Below, piece after piece: positions 35,399 to 49,088 of a stretch of DNA of 64,000 nucleotides (positions within the stretch are counted from its first letter, which is position 1; each line of letters starts with the position of its first letter). A program made the position numbers and the translations under genes. The notes beneath the pieces are model-generated. The model saw only the letters and a program-made list of their open reading frames with translations. It searched no databases and was not told the DNA's origin. The DNA comes from Neophaeotheca triangularis (lineage: Eukaryota): the NCBI GenBank assembly GCA_054600435.1, contig BAAIJX010000041.1, positions 1-64,000 on the forward strand, written 5' to 3'.

Positions 35399-38300
35399 AT
35401 GGCCCGCCAAACGCATTCTCAAGCTTCGAGCCATCCCCAAACCAACGGAGTAGGAGACAGTTTCCAAAGAACCGGCGACGTACCACCAACATCGACACTC
35501 GCAGCCCAAATCGTGCAAAATCAAAACCGTCACACCACCACGCAAAAGCCCTCCTCATCTCAAAACGTCAGCTTCGAGCAACTGCTTCGAGAAATCCTCC
35601 ACAATGATGCCGCACCCCCTGAAACAGACGTCGACGTCAACGTCCAGCTCATCAGCGTCGTCGCCGAAGCCGGTCTGGGCCCTCTCACCACGAATGACCC
35701 TTTTGCCCGGAAAGACTCGCTCCTTCGTCAGGCTTCGGACAGTCTTGCTGTAATCTGGGCGACGGTCTCGCGGCAGCCCGAAGTGCTGTTAACGCCGGTA
35801 TCTTCTCAGGGACCGCCGCTGTTTTTCCTGCTGGTAAGTCGGGTTTTGGCTTGTTGTGGTAAGGATGCTGTGGGAGTTTTGAATTGGCCGGAGATGCTGG
35901 GGAGTTTTGTGGATGCTCTTTGGAAATCGACATTACTGTGGCGGTATGCCGATGTTGTGCGTGCGATTTACAGGGAGTGCATTGATGGTAAGTCGTCGCA
36001 GAATGCAAGGCGGGTCGATGGTTGCTGACTACTCCCAAGACTGCATTGTTGCTCTTGAAAAGGTCACTTCGCCGACAGTAGACGTTTCCCTCGAACTTCC
36101 CCCAGCGAGGAGTATTTCGAGACTCTGGCCAAGGTCTGAAGGCATTATCACGTCGCCACAGGGATGTCAAGCTACCGTTGCCGACAACAGCAAAGCTTTG
36201 CTACTCGCTTTGCAAATGGTCAAACTTTCACAGCTCAATAGCGTATGGCAGGAAGAAGCAAGCGAGCGACTTCAGCGTCTACTGCCTCAGTTGAGATATT
36301 CTCTGGACAAAAATGGCCAGTGGAGCATCGCAGCGAGCCAGGCACTCGACATGAGCAACGTCGCAACCACTTTGAGTATGCTGCTCAACGATATGCTATC
36401 TGACCACAACGGCCAACCAGTATCTACCACGCTCAACGTCCAAAAGCAGATGGCACAAGTTATGACCGAGTTGTTGCATCGAGAACTTGACAGTCATCAC
36501 ATTCTAATGTCAGTCATAACACGGTACAACAACAGCCCCATGTTCTCGGATCTCCATGACGATCTAAAGGCAGCTATTGCTGTTTGGGTGGTCTCAGTCC
36601 TTGGTGAAGAGAGTCTGTCAGCAAGTATGGCCACGCTCAGAGATCTGATCTTGCAGGAGCCACCTGCGCCTGAAGGTAGTTTAAGGGCTCTACATCAGAA
36701 GATATTCCAAGGCTCTCCTCCGCGTGATCCCTCTGAGAGAGCGAGAAAGAGAAGGAAAATCACCCCCGCAACTCGTGCGCAGCAGCAAACTTCGCTAGAG
36801 CAGATTACTCTACTCCTCACAGGCATGCGATCAGAAGGCCTCGATCTCGCAGCTATAGGTCCGCAGACTTATCCCAATCTCGACGAGGCTCAGCAATGTT
36901 CAGTCTGGGCACAGCTTCGAGTACTAGCACCACGACACGCCGCTGGCATCTCCGCAACTGTCGCCCGACTGCTCGAATTACCCGAAGTGCGAGACAATCG
37001 ACAATGCCGCGTCTTGTCCATGCTGGTAATTCGCACATGTCTAGAAAATACTACGGATGAGAACTACTTGCGCATTCGCTCCTCGCCTTTCGGACAAGCT
37101 TGCTTGGCGTCAATACACAGTTCTCTGAGAGATTTCCGCATCGCTGGAGGCCAGTGTCTTACTGTATTTCTTCGCGAGACTTTGAGAGATGACGTCAAGG
37201 AACAAAACCGCAGAGATGTCATGGAATACCTCCGCGACCTGTCCGAGCGTGAAGTCCCAGGTGTTCACGAGGAGTTGATACGTGCATGGGGAAGGGTAGC
37301 CCTAATTTGCAGCGACAAGGAGCGCAACCTCGCCCTGCTTCGATTGGTAGACTTTCTCGGTCATGGCAACCCGCTTGTCTGCGCCCATGCATATACTGAG
37401 CTTGACGCAGTCGCAAGTGAGAGCCAGCAGACACCAGAACAGCTTTTCGCCCCCTTCTGGCAGAGCATTGCTGTCGCGGTAGTTCAAGACATGCTCACCC
37501 GACCGCAGAAGATACAGCAACTGTGCGACTTGCTGCAGCTCGACGTCAATCGTTTCCTCCTTCTCACCCAGGAGCACACATTACCGTTCTTGATTTTGAC
37601 CAAACGAAAGGACATGTTACAACGCATCGCGACGGCGCGCGGTGAGGGCGCCTCTGTACGTGATCTTTGTGTGCAACCTCGGTCCAATCTGGCGAGCATT
37701 CTCTCCTTACTGTTGGCGCAGCAAGCAAAAGATGTGGAAGAAGCCACTCTTGACTGTTTGAAAGATGTAGCGCCGGCGTTTCGAGACAACGATCTAAGCC
37801 AGCTAGTCAAGTCCGACCCCGTGGGCATCGCCTGCGAAATGCTCAAAGCTGCTGGCGACGCGGAGGAAAGCCGAAAGTCACGAGCCTACCAGGCCTTCCA
37901 GGTGTTCGCCAATCTAGTCGAACGGCCACCGGGTCAAAAGAAGGCTTCCTCAAAAGCTAGCCGCACGGTAGCTAAGTTCTTTGAAAGGCACATCCTCGGC
38001 ATCATGACACAGTTCTCCGACTGGCTCGAGACTCCGGCTGGATTTTTACCGGTCGCAGAGAAGCGCCGATGCGTGGCAGCGATATCTGAGATGCTGAAGC
38101 TCACGAAGAGTGATGCTGAGCTCGCTTTGCCTCAAATACGAGCTTGTCTGCAGTCTGCCATTGAACAACCTGATTTGAGACAGCAAGCTGTCTCTGCTTG
38201 GTTCACGCTCATTTCCGTCCTTGACGATGACAATCTGGCGCGTGTAGTCAATCAGGTATTCGCTCTTGTGTTGGAGTACTGGCCGACTCTTCCCTCGCAC

Positions 38301-41300
38301 TTGCAAAATTCCGCCCACCAGGCCATTGGCGACCTCCTCCGACAGCATGGTACTGTCATTCGCGAACATGCGATCACGATACCCTCACTTGCCGCCATTC
38401 CTCTCCTGTCAAAATTCGCGAACGAGATCAATCATTTGAAAGAGCATCACAGCGTCGATAGCCTCTGCCAGGCATATGCAAGTAGGCTTCGAGACGAAAG
38501 TACAGTCGTAGTCGTCACTGGACTTTCAGAGCTTGTCGCCTTCCTCGAAGCACACCAGCATGCAATTCACGACCTTGCCGTCAGCGAGCTGCCAAGCGCC
38601 TCTCTGCGAGATCTCGTCCGAGCACTGCTGGACGTGAGCGTGAAGCTCGCAACATCGAACGCACCAGCATCCGAGCTGTGCAGCAAGGCTTTGGGCATCA
38701 TTGGATGCCTCGATCCCAACCGCATGGAGGCTTTAAGAACGAAACGACAAGTCTTCGTACTTTCCAATTTCGAGCGGGCGAGTGAGACCATCGACTGGGC
38801 GGTTGCGATTCTGGAAGAGGTATTGATCAAGGCTTTCAAGTCAGCCAGCACGGCAAGAGCTCAAGGCTTCATTGCCTATGTTATGCAAGAGCTTCTTCGG
38901 TTTTGCGGATTCAATGAGGACGCGGTGCTTCGACCACGAGCGTCCCAACCCAGCGATCTGCAAAAGCGATGGATGGAGCTTCCGGAGCAGACTCGTATTA
39001 CACTGACGCCGTTCTTGAGCTCAAGATACCTACTTACGAGCAACGCGGCTGTGGCCCAAAGCTCTCGCGATTATCCGGGCTTTTCTCTCGAGCAATCGCA
39101 CGGCACTTGGTTGCGCGGCTTAGTGTACGATTTGATGTTCAAAGCGAAAGGGGACAATGCCAAGATGGTGTTTCCACTGCTAGCCCGCGTGATTCGAGGC
39201 CACGATCTAGCAGCGGCGAGCTTCATGTTGCCGTATGCAATGCTCAACATAATTGTCGGAGGTACCGTCAGTGAGACCAATGGAATATCAGGAGAGCTAC
39301 TCAGCGTTTTGAGTTGCCTGCCCACCAACAGCGAGCAGCTGGAAACGGCCAAACTGTGTAGCTCCAGCGCTTTCGCGGTGCTCGACTACCTCTCGACCTG
39401 GGTTCAGCAGAAGAAGAAAGCGCTAGGAGAGAACCGAGCTGTTGCGTACCGTACAGGTCATTCGTCGAACGAATTCGACGAAGAGACGGAGATGGCTCAG
39501 ATCGATAGTGTTGAAAACCTGCTCAAAACTATCCCAGCGGATGTCATAGCTACGCGAGCGATCGAATGCGGATCATTCGCTCGTGCCCTCTTCCACTGGG
39601 AGCAGCATATTCGCCAGAAGCGTCCGCTCATTCCCAAGGACGTTAAGACGGACGACGAGAGGGACATGTACGATCGCCTGCAAGACATCTACGCCCAGAT
39701 CGACGAACCGGATGGTCTGGAAGGTCTGACTGCCCACTTGCCGTTCTTGAGTGACGAACAACAGGCTGCGCAGCACTGCAGGACGGGCAGGTGGGCTGCC
39801 GCTCAGAGCTGGTATGAGATGCAACTCAGCGACGAGCCTGGCGATATTGGTCTGCAAATTAGTCTTTTGACTTGCATGAAAGAAACGGGTCAGTACGAGA
39901 CATTGACTAGATTCGCCGACGGCTTCCTTCAAGACGACGAGCACGGGCAGCCGGACCGAGCGAGATACCTACTTCCCATTGCGACGGAAGCATCTTGGAC
40001 TGGCGGACAGATGAAGAATCTTTGCAACTTTGTCGATGCCACCGATTACAAGTTTGTGTCGGATGATTTTGCTAAAGACTTCAATGTCGCTCTTGGCAAG
40101 ATACTGGTAGCCGGCCGACGTGGGCAAGAGTCCGAAATGGGGGAGAGAATCAAGGCATTGAGAAAGTCGGTACTGGAAGGCATGTCCATGGCGAGTACCT
40201 CGTCGCTCGCTGCTAGTCACAACGACCTAAAGAAATTACATGCTTTGGAAGAGATCGAGACTATTCGCAACTTTCGCAAAACTGGACAGGACTCTGTGGA
40301 GCTTAACCCAACCCTCGATAAGCGCCTGGGGATCATTGGATCTTTCACCGCGGATAAGCAATATATGCTTGGACTTCGCCGAGCCGTCATGGAGGGCATC
40401 TACCCAGACAACTACCCTAAATTGCAAATCGCTGCCTCTTGGTTAGCAACGGCACGGCTAGCTCGCAAGGCTGGTGTGAAGACCACAGCTTACAACGCTG
40501 TTCTCAAAGCCGCAGCATACGGTCATGGAGGAGCGAAGCTTGAGCAAGCGAGGCTTCTGTGGGACGACGGACACAAGCGACAAGCGATTCAAGCACTGAG
40601 CAACGCCATTGCTTCGCATGCCTTCGACGCACATGACCAGCGGATGTCCAGCGGTAGCACCGCGACCCTATCCAGGCCCGAGCAGACGCAAAACATGCTT
40701 GCGGCCCGGGCTCACGTCTTGTTGGCCAAGTGGTTGGATGCGTCCGGACAGCAGCAGTCTAACATGATGACGGAGAAGTACCAGTACGCTGCCAAGAACT
40801 TTCAACGCTGGGAGAAGGGTCACTACTACCTAGGCAAGCATTACAATAAGCTGCTGGAAGCGGAAAAATCTCAGCCGAAAGCGAAGCAGACGCCGACGTA
40901 CCTTGGTGGTGAGCTCACGAAGCTCGTCATTGAGAATCTACTTCGTTCCGTGCCTTTTGGCAACAAGTACTGGCACGAAACCATCCCGAAAGTCCTCACC
41001 CTCTGGCTAGATCTCGGCATGGAGACGATCAAGCAGACTCCAAGAGAAGATCCTGGCTTGTTTGACAAGCGTGTAAGATCGTTGACAGCTATCCATCGGC
41101 AATTGAACAAGTACATCGATAGGATCCCTGCATATGTCTTCTTCAATGGGCTGGCGCAGATGCTTTCGCGAATCAGCCATCCTAACCCCGAAGTCTGGAA
41201 GACTTTGTCGAATATCCTCGTGCGGATCGTCTCTGCTCATCCCAGTCAGGCGCTGTGGAGTGTGCTGGCTCTGGTAAAAGCGACTGATCCCACGAGACGC

Positions 41301-42635
41301 GATAGGGGAAACGAGGTCTTGAACAAAGTCAAGGACCCAAAGAGCAAGGCCAAGCCTGACACCAATGGCATCGATCTTCGAGTCTTGATTACGCATGGTC
41401 AAAGACTGTCTGCCGGGCTGCTGCAAGCTTGTGAGCATCCTGTTGAGACACGAGCGAACAAGGCGAGCCTTTCACGAAATCTGGGCTTCAGCCACAAGCT
41501 CGCACCTTGCAATCTCGTCGTGCCGGTTGAGACCACTTTGACAACAAGTATACCCAGTGGATCTGATGCCGAACGCATCCGCAAGTTCAAGGCCTTTGCT
41601 CAAGATCGCATCACCATTCAGTCGTTCGAAGACGAAGTTCTGATCTTGAGCTCCCTGCAGCGACCAAGGAAGATTGTCGTGCGCGGCTCCAACGGCAAGC
41701 GATACGGCCTGTTATGCAAACCCAAAGACGACTTACGAAAAGATCAGCGTCTCATGGAATTCAACGGCATCATCAACCGAGCATTGAAACGAGACGCCGA
41801 AAGCAGCAAGCGTCGTCTCTACATCAAAACCTACGCAGTCACCCCATTGAGCGAAGAGTCCGGCACGCTAGAATGGGTCGAGGGAATCAAACCCATACGC
41901 GACATCCTTCTCGGCATCTACTCACGTAAAGGCGTGCGGCCCAACTACACCGAACTTCGCCAACAGCTCGACATGGCCGGAACCTCGCCGGACAACGCGC
42001 ACTTGTTTCAAGATAAGGTCCTCAGCAAGTTCCCGCCAGTCCTCCATGAATGGTTCGCCGAAGGCTACCCGGAGCCGGAAACATGGTTCACCGCGCGCCT
42101 CCGCTACGCACGCTCCGCAGCCGTCATGTCCATGACAGGCCACGTACTAGGCCTCGGGGACCGCCACGGCGAGAACATTCTCCTAGAAGAAAGCACTGGC
42201 GGCGTCTTCCACGTCGATTTCAACTGCCTCTTCGACAAGGGCATGACCTTCGAGAAGCCCGAAGTGGTGCCTTTCCGCCTTACTCACAACATGGTCGACG
42301 CCATGGGGGCATACGGCTACGAAGGCCCGTTCCGCAAGTCCTCGGAACTAACGCTGGGACTGCTACGACAGAGCCAAGACACGCTGATGACGGTTTTGGA
42401 GACTTTTCTTTACGATCCGACGGCAGATTTCGTCGGCAAGAAGCGTCGCACGACCCCCGGCGTGCCGGATACGCCGCAGGATATCCTCGATAGCGTGGCG
42501 AAGAAATTGAAAGGGCTGTTTGCGGGTGAGACCATTCCGTTGAGTACCGAGGGCTATGTTGAAGCATTGATCAGGGAGGCGACGAGTCATTATAATTTGG
42601 CGCAGATGTATATTGGGTGGTGTGCTTTTCTGTGA
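35399..42635 (+). CDS. MEC1: ATR / Mec1 / Rad3 / UvsB checkpoint PIKK kinase
   Basis: ~2400 aa with HEAT/UME and FAT regions; KPKDDLRKDQRLMEF, GLGDRHGENIL, HVDFNCLF; FATC LAQMYIGWCAFL*; one intron at ~35988-36039. Confidence 0.96.
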
Positions 42636-44543
42636 AAGTGGGAAAGGAAGGGATTGGGCTGTGGTTGCTTGTACATCATATACTGAAGGGGAATTGCACG
42701 AAGGGAAGAAATATTTGGCTATGAGATGCATATACCGCTGTCGAATGGTGCTTCCTCCAAGGCACGCTTGCTGTCAACCCGCGAGCAATTGATTCCACCA
42801 GTTTCGGTAGTCGATGCAGACCATCCACAGACCGGACATCTACACCTCAAACTCTGCTTGCCAAAGCAACGCAAACCATCATTGCCAACACTCGTCGTAA
42901 ACCGGGAGTGCAATATGGGTAAGTGTCACTTGAAAGGTAAAGGCGCGGGGAGTCTCAAACCCGGACCCTACATACCCGACCCAAACCTTGCAAGAAGACC
43001 ATGTTAACAGTAAAGTGCTGGTTCTTTAACGCGAGAGGTGGCTTCAGGCAATGATAACCTGTATCTACACTGCCCGCGCGACTACCCTCACACGTTGGCG
43101 CGGAGACCAGTATGCGGCAGGCAAAGGGAATAGGCATATGGGACCTACAACAACAGGTGCATTCTTGATGTAGATGGCCTGGCTTATCCGTGCCAGTACT
43201 CGAAAGATAGATAGAAGACAAGCCAGAGGAAGAAAGCAGGGCGATGTAGGGGAAAGAGAAGAGGGAACGGAAGGAAATGTGGAATGGGGACGTAGCTCCG
43301 GTAGATACAGACAGCCCCGGTGTCCATTGAGCACTTTGGAGAATTGCCGAATTTCAACACGAGTGACCATAGGTGGTCGCTCGATCGCGCCCCTTACCTG
43401 GTCCTCAAGAATCAACCCGCGAGCAGGAGTGAAGGCGACAGAAACTCTGCCAGGAGCGAGCGCATCGCGATCACTCTTGTAAGGATATAGTTTAGTACGC
43501 TCTCAGCTCAAACCAGCTATGCTATGGATACCAGGCCCCATTATGAAACCGATGGAACGTCTCGCTGTGCGGAAAGCGATCCGAGCCAAATCCTGGCTGG
43601 CTAAGAATCGCAACGTTACCCATGACCAAGGCCGCGAAAAACCCATCCAACAACGACAACCAACAATAATAACAAGAACCCCGACTAACCACGTTCTACA
43701 ACGCACTCCCTCACAACTATCTCAGGCTCAGCAGCAGGCGCCTATACATCCGTCCCTCGCGCCCTTCACCAGAACATGGGACACCAAGACAAGCCCCTCG
43801 GACGCAGTCTCGAAGCCCTGCGAATGCTGTGGCAGCGAGAAGACCTAGGCCAAACTGACGGGCAATGAGAGCTCTTGCTCTAGGAAGCGAGAATGGAGAG
43901 TGAGAGCTTGGGGACCCTGCAGCGGGACGGCGTGGACGGTACTGTGATGGCCGAATAAGGCCGTTTGTCCGTGTTGCACGTTCGGCGCGCCGGAGGGGGT
44001 GCAGGCAGAGTGGATAGGGGAGTCGAGGGAGTGGCGATGGTTGTGCGGATGTCACTGTCGCCGTCGCTGCTGATTTGGCTGTGTAGTGGAGGCCTATGAC
44101 GCTGTCTCATCCGCCGTCCATGTCGGAAATGTGCCGAGTTAGATCTGAGCGATATACCACTGGCCCTGTGCCATTAGGTTGGAGGCCGCCACCTACGCTG
44201 TCCGAGAAAGCTTTGATGTCAAACCAGGCCTTGAGAGTAGTATAACAAAGGTAGGAGTTCTTGTGGGCCAGTCTGACGGGGGATACCATCCTTCCAAGAC
44301 GGCATTGACTGAATGACAAGTCGTGTGAATTGAAAAGTACCATCCCGCACGGCATGGGTCGCTGTGAAAGCCGAAGTATCGTATCCACGGTACGTTTGCG
44401 ATATTTTGCATGCAGTTGCTTCGGCATACTGTGTATATCCGAGCTGGAGTGCCCAGACTGCAGCAGCGATTCCTTGCTGTGGACGTATTCATTCGAAAAG
44501 CTCCATCAAGCGTCACCCGTTGCTTTCACGCATACATCGGCCG

Positions 44544-45677
44544 CTACTCGGGCTTCTGCCCATAGATCACGTATCTGCCATCAAAAGTCAGCAGCCTGCA
44601 CACGCCCACAATCCTTGGTTTCACTCACATGGGAAAATAGCTGTGGATATTGCGATTCCGGAGCTCGCCCCTGACTTGCATGAGCAACAGCTCCATCTCC
44701 TCAACCCCCCAGCCCAAACCGTGCGTAAAGACCTTCTGACTCAAACCACTCAACCCTTCCTCCATGCCCAGCAAATTGAATTTCCCCGCATGCCTCAAAC
44801 GCTTGTCCTTGGGCCAAGGCCCAATGGGCATTTTATACTCGCGCAGCACGACGTTCACGAAACCCGCCGCCGTCATCTGCTCCATCATGCGGCGCGGGTA
44901 GCAATGCCCCGTCAGACCGAACTTGGCAATGCCTTCATTCCAGAGATTCATCCAGCGTACCGTCGCACTATCGGGCGCGAGAGTGCCATCATCGCTCTGA
45001 AAATCGACGCCAAATTCTTGGTTCTCGACCCAGCCGCCCGGCCTGAGGGAAGCGAAAGCTTGTTCGTAGAAGAAAGGCCAGGACTTGATGCTGAAACCGT
45101 TCATCAGACGCGTGTGGACGAGGTCGAAGCGCGGGCCGAATTCCCACGCCTCGTCGGCGTCCATGATTTCGAACTCGAGGTTCGGGGGCACAAGAGTGGG
45201 CTGGATGGGCGAGAGGTCGACGCCGATGACTTGAGCTCCCGGATGGTCGTCGGCGACGTCGAGCGCCCAGATACCCGTTCCGGTTCCCACGTCTAGGACT
45301 GAGACTGGGTGCTCCATGGGCGCGATCCAGTGTTTCTCTTCCAGCGTGAGGCGGAAGCTGTGGTAGGTGATGTCCATGCGGTCCTGTTCGCGTTCGTCAT
45401 TGGGCATGACGTATTTTCCGCGGCGAAAGGCGTGGTAGGAGCGGCCGTTTTCTTCCTCGTACTCGAAGATGCTAGAGCGGAGGGAGGCGGTGCTGAGGGC
45501 TGCTTCATCGTAGCCGGAATCGGCGTCGCTGGCGCTGCTGTGGGTGTCCTCGGAATTTTGGGCTTCAAGGAGTGCTGGCGGACGTTCCGAAGGGGGTGGG
45601 GGATACATGACCCCTGTTCCTGTTCCTGTTCCTGTTCCTGTTCCCGTTGCAGGAATGGGCTCGGTCTTGTCTTCCAT
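44544..45677 (-). CDS. LaeA-like class I SAM-dependent methyltransferase
   Basis: ENGRSYH..GKYVMPNDEREQDRMD, VLDVGTGTGIWA, GVDLSPIQP, LRPGGWVE, PIGPWPKD; last exon YVIYGQKPE*. Confidence 0.92.
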
Positions 45678-45787
45678 TTCTACTTGAGTAGCTTGGGAGG
45701 CGTGGTCTTGCGTCTTTCAGCAAGGCAGGTCGAGTGGTCTATCCAGCTGGCGGTTGATTGTACGAAAAGGGCGTGTACAGTAGTTAC

Positions 45788-45840
<53 letters not shown>
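45788..45840. repeat. (AGT)n microsatellite, ~17 units
   Basis: Perfect trinucleotide run ~110 bp upstream of the methyltransferase ATG. Confidence 0.95.
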
Positions 45841-46429
45841 GTGTCGTGAAAGAGGAACCTCACGGCGAGGTGCTACTTTCGACAGCTGCTGTCAAGATAA
45901 GGTTGGTTGTATCCCGACGCTGCTCATCATCGTGGTCCAGAATTGGAATAATGGCCTCGTTTTTTTCGCCTCGGTTGCTCGTGATACTACTACTAGTACT
46001 GACCGGGTTACCGGTTGAATTGGTAAGGTAAAGGTAATTAATGCATCGGAAGAGAGCAGCCGAAGCCAGCGTGAGCCACGTCAAGTTCTCAACCCTTGCC
46101 CTTGGTACAGTAGTGATACGGTGGTACTGGGCCCCCCCTCCCCCCGAGCTAGACCGGGTGTCAACCATAACCTTGTGGGAACAAACTGTCTGCGATATTT
46201 CATCATTACAATATTCCATCCATATTATTAATCAAAGAAGGCTGCCTGCTTCGCAACCGCACTTGAGTCAAACCACCCACGACTGCGGTTCGGAATCTCT
46301 GCTGGAAACGCTCACTTGCATGAACACCGGGCGCACCAGACGTCCACGTGTTATAGTGAGATCCATACCGTCGGGCCCGTTGAAACAAACTGAATCTGAT
46401 GGTGATGCTTAGTAGCACGAGTTAGCATC

Positions 46430-48206
46430 ATGCCCACGCTTGTCGACGCCTTGCGCAGCCTCGACGGCCGCACAGTGCTCATTGCATTGTTCGCATCCGT
46501 CTTCACCTACATATTCGTCGGAGGCTTGAGCAATTACAGGAAACTCTCCCAATTCAAAGGGCCGCCCGTTGCCGCTTTTTCGCGCATCTGGCTGTTCAAG
46601 CATTCTCTCTCGGCCGATGTGAACAGGGCGCAGTTCGAGGCGCTGGCGAGATACGGTAAATCCTTGTCGGAGAATATTGACCAGTATGTGCGTAGGTGTT
46701 TAGCTGATCAACTGATCCTGCAGGTTCACCATGCCGTATTGGTCCAGATCTGCTCATCACCGACGATGCAGATCTCGTCAGACATATGAACGCTCCCGGG
46801 TCAAACTGGCGGAGATCGGATTGGTATGATGCCGTTCGACTCGACCCAAGGCATGATTCCGTCTTTTCCACGAGGGACGAAAAGATCCATGCCGATCTCA
46901 AAGCTCGCGAAGCTGGAGGCGTAAGTTGACAGCGAATGGCCATTAAACGACGATGGTTTGAATTGACTCCTTTCGCAGTATCAAGGCCGAGACATAGAAT
47001 CTCTTGAGACCGACATCGACGCCCGTACTCTCGACATGTTGGACCTCATCAAGCGAAGCTACAACGACAAAGTCATGGATGTAGCAGAAATGACTCGCTT
47101 CTTCACCATCGACGTCCTCTCCACTGTAGCCTTTGGCAAACCCTTCGGCTTCCTCGCCGCCAACAAGGATCTCTGGGAATACAACCGAAACACTTCCAGC
47201 TTCATGATCGCCCTCGAATGGGTCGCAAATCACAAGACCATCCGCACTCTCTTCCAATCCCGTATCATGCAAGCTCTCGCCGCGCCCAAAGAAACCGATA
47301 AGACCGGCATGGGCCCCATGCTCGCCTTCGCCCGCAGCGCAGTAGCCGAACGCTTTCACCCCGACCCCAACAGCAAAACGCCACTCAAGAAAGACATGCT
47401 CAACCACTTCATAAGCAAAGGTCTCTCGCAACTCCAATGCGAAGTCGAAGCCAACCTCCAAATCGTCGCCGGCTCCGACTCAACCACCACCGTCCTCCGC
47501 AGCGCCCTCTTCCTCCTAATCAGCACACCTATAGCCTACAACACCCTCCGGCAAGAAATCGACCTCGCGACCGCAGCAGGCACTCTCACTTCGCCCCCAG
47601 GCGTCACGAAATACACCGAATGTCTCAAACTCCCCTACCTCTCGGCCGTAATCTGGGAAACCCTGCGACTATTCCCGCCACTCTTCGGTCTCAAGTCCAA
47701 ACTCTCCCCTCCCGGCGGTGAGACTTTCAAAGGCGTCTTCTACCCCCCGGGCACGCAAGTGGCGATTTGCGACGACGCGCTGTGTCGACGGGAAGATGTC
47801 TTTGGAGCGGACGCGGCCATCTTTCGCCCTGAGAGGTGGTTGGAGATGGACGAAGCCAGTTTCAAGGAGAAGAAACGATGGGTTGATGCTGTTTTTGGCA
47901 GCGGGAGGTTCTTGTGTCTGGGGAGGCATATTGCGCTCATGGAGTTGCATAAGGCTGTTGTTGAGGTGAGTTTGCTCTTTTCGTTCTTTTCGTGTTTGGA
48001 CGAGAGTCGTCTTCGGTCCGAAGCTGCGAGGGTTTGGCTATGCTGTGGGCTGATTTACTGATTCTCTCTCTCTCTCGCTATCTGTCTAGTTGATTCGCAC
48101 TTTCGACTGGCAGATTGCCGATCCCATGCGTGGCATCGATACGCATGCGCATAATATTCACGTGCAGTCGAATATGAATGTGATTGCTAGGGCCAGGGCT
48201 AGGTAG
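46430..48206 (+). CDS. Cytochrome P450 (pisatin-demethylase-like group), 4 exons
   Basis: N-terminal TM plus KGPP, RIGPDLL, I-helix AGSDST, ETLR, FRPERW, heme motif FGSGRFLCLG. Confidence 0.93.
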
Positions 48207-49088
48207 TGTAGGGTAGGGTAGTTGTGTATTTGGACTCTGGTCATGGCTGAGGTGTTGTGTCTGTGCAGATATTTTAATCTTGTCATTCTTCGTACCTCTT
48301 TAAGTATTAGATGGTTGTTGCTAAGGGTTCGAGTTTGAGCTCGAGATGCAGCGTTTGACTCGCCATTGTTATGACCACGTGTATAAGTTGAGGTATTCTT
48401 GGCACATGTCTCGTCCCTGCTGTGGTTTGTCGTAGCTCACTCACTGTTCAAGTGTTGATGGTTCAGGTTGGCTGTGGAGGTGGAGGTGGAGTTTAGTTCC
48501 GATCGATCTCACACTGGACGTGTCCACAGTTTTCGCGGGTGAAAGGGTGAAGATCTGCAGGCGTGTCCACTTCTTCTCCACACTTTTGCTAATTCTGGCC
48601 ACGAGCGATTACGAATGTCTAACGCCCGTGCCGCGTCCAGATGCGGTCTTCGAACCCAAGCCTCCCGTCATGTCTCTATCCCAATCGAGGTACAAAGTCC
48701 AAACGATAACTAAGGTACCTAGACTTCTCTTTCCTCCTCACGTGTTTTTTCTATAATCCATTTTTCCATCTTATCCTCTCTTTCCATTGATTCAGGTCAT
48801 CATTCACTTGCATTATCCATTGACGGCCCCATTGACGGGCGTTTAGGTTACCTGCATCCGCGAGCATTCATTCATTCATTCATTGGACGCCGCCCCTTAC
48901 GACATTCAACCGCCAGCCACGCCATTCCCCTGATCGGCAAGTAAAACTTCAGAAACAGCTCCTTTCGCTTCACTCGCGCCGCCAGAGGTGAAACACGCCT
49001 TGCAGAGAAACCCACAGGCGGTTGGCGCTAGCTACCACCTCACTCGCCGACTCGCCTTGCTTCTCCTCCCTCCTCCTCTTACGCCGGA

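Noticed and set aside
44364..45296. 310-aa + strand ORF (similar cases at 59043-59975 and 20126-20917)
   Set aside because: Antisense shadows of well-supported genes.
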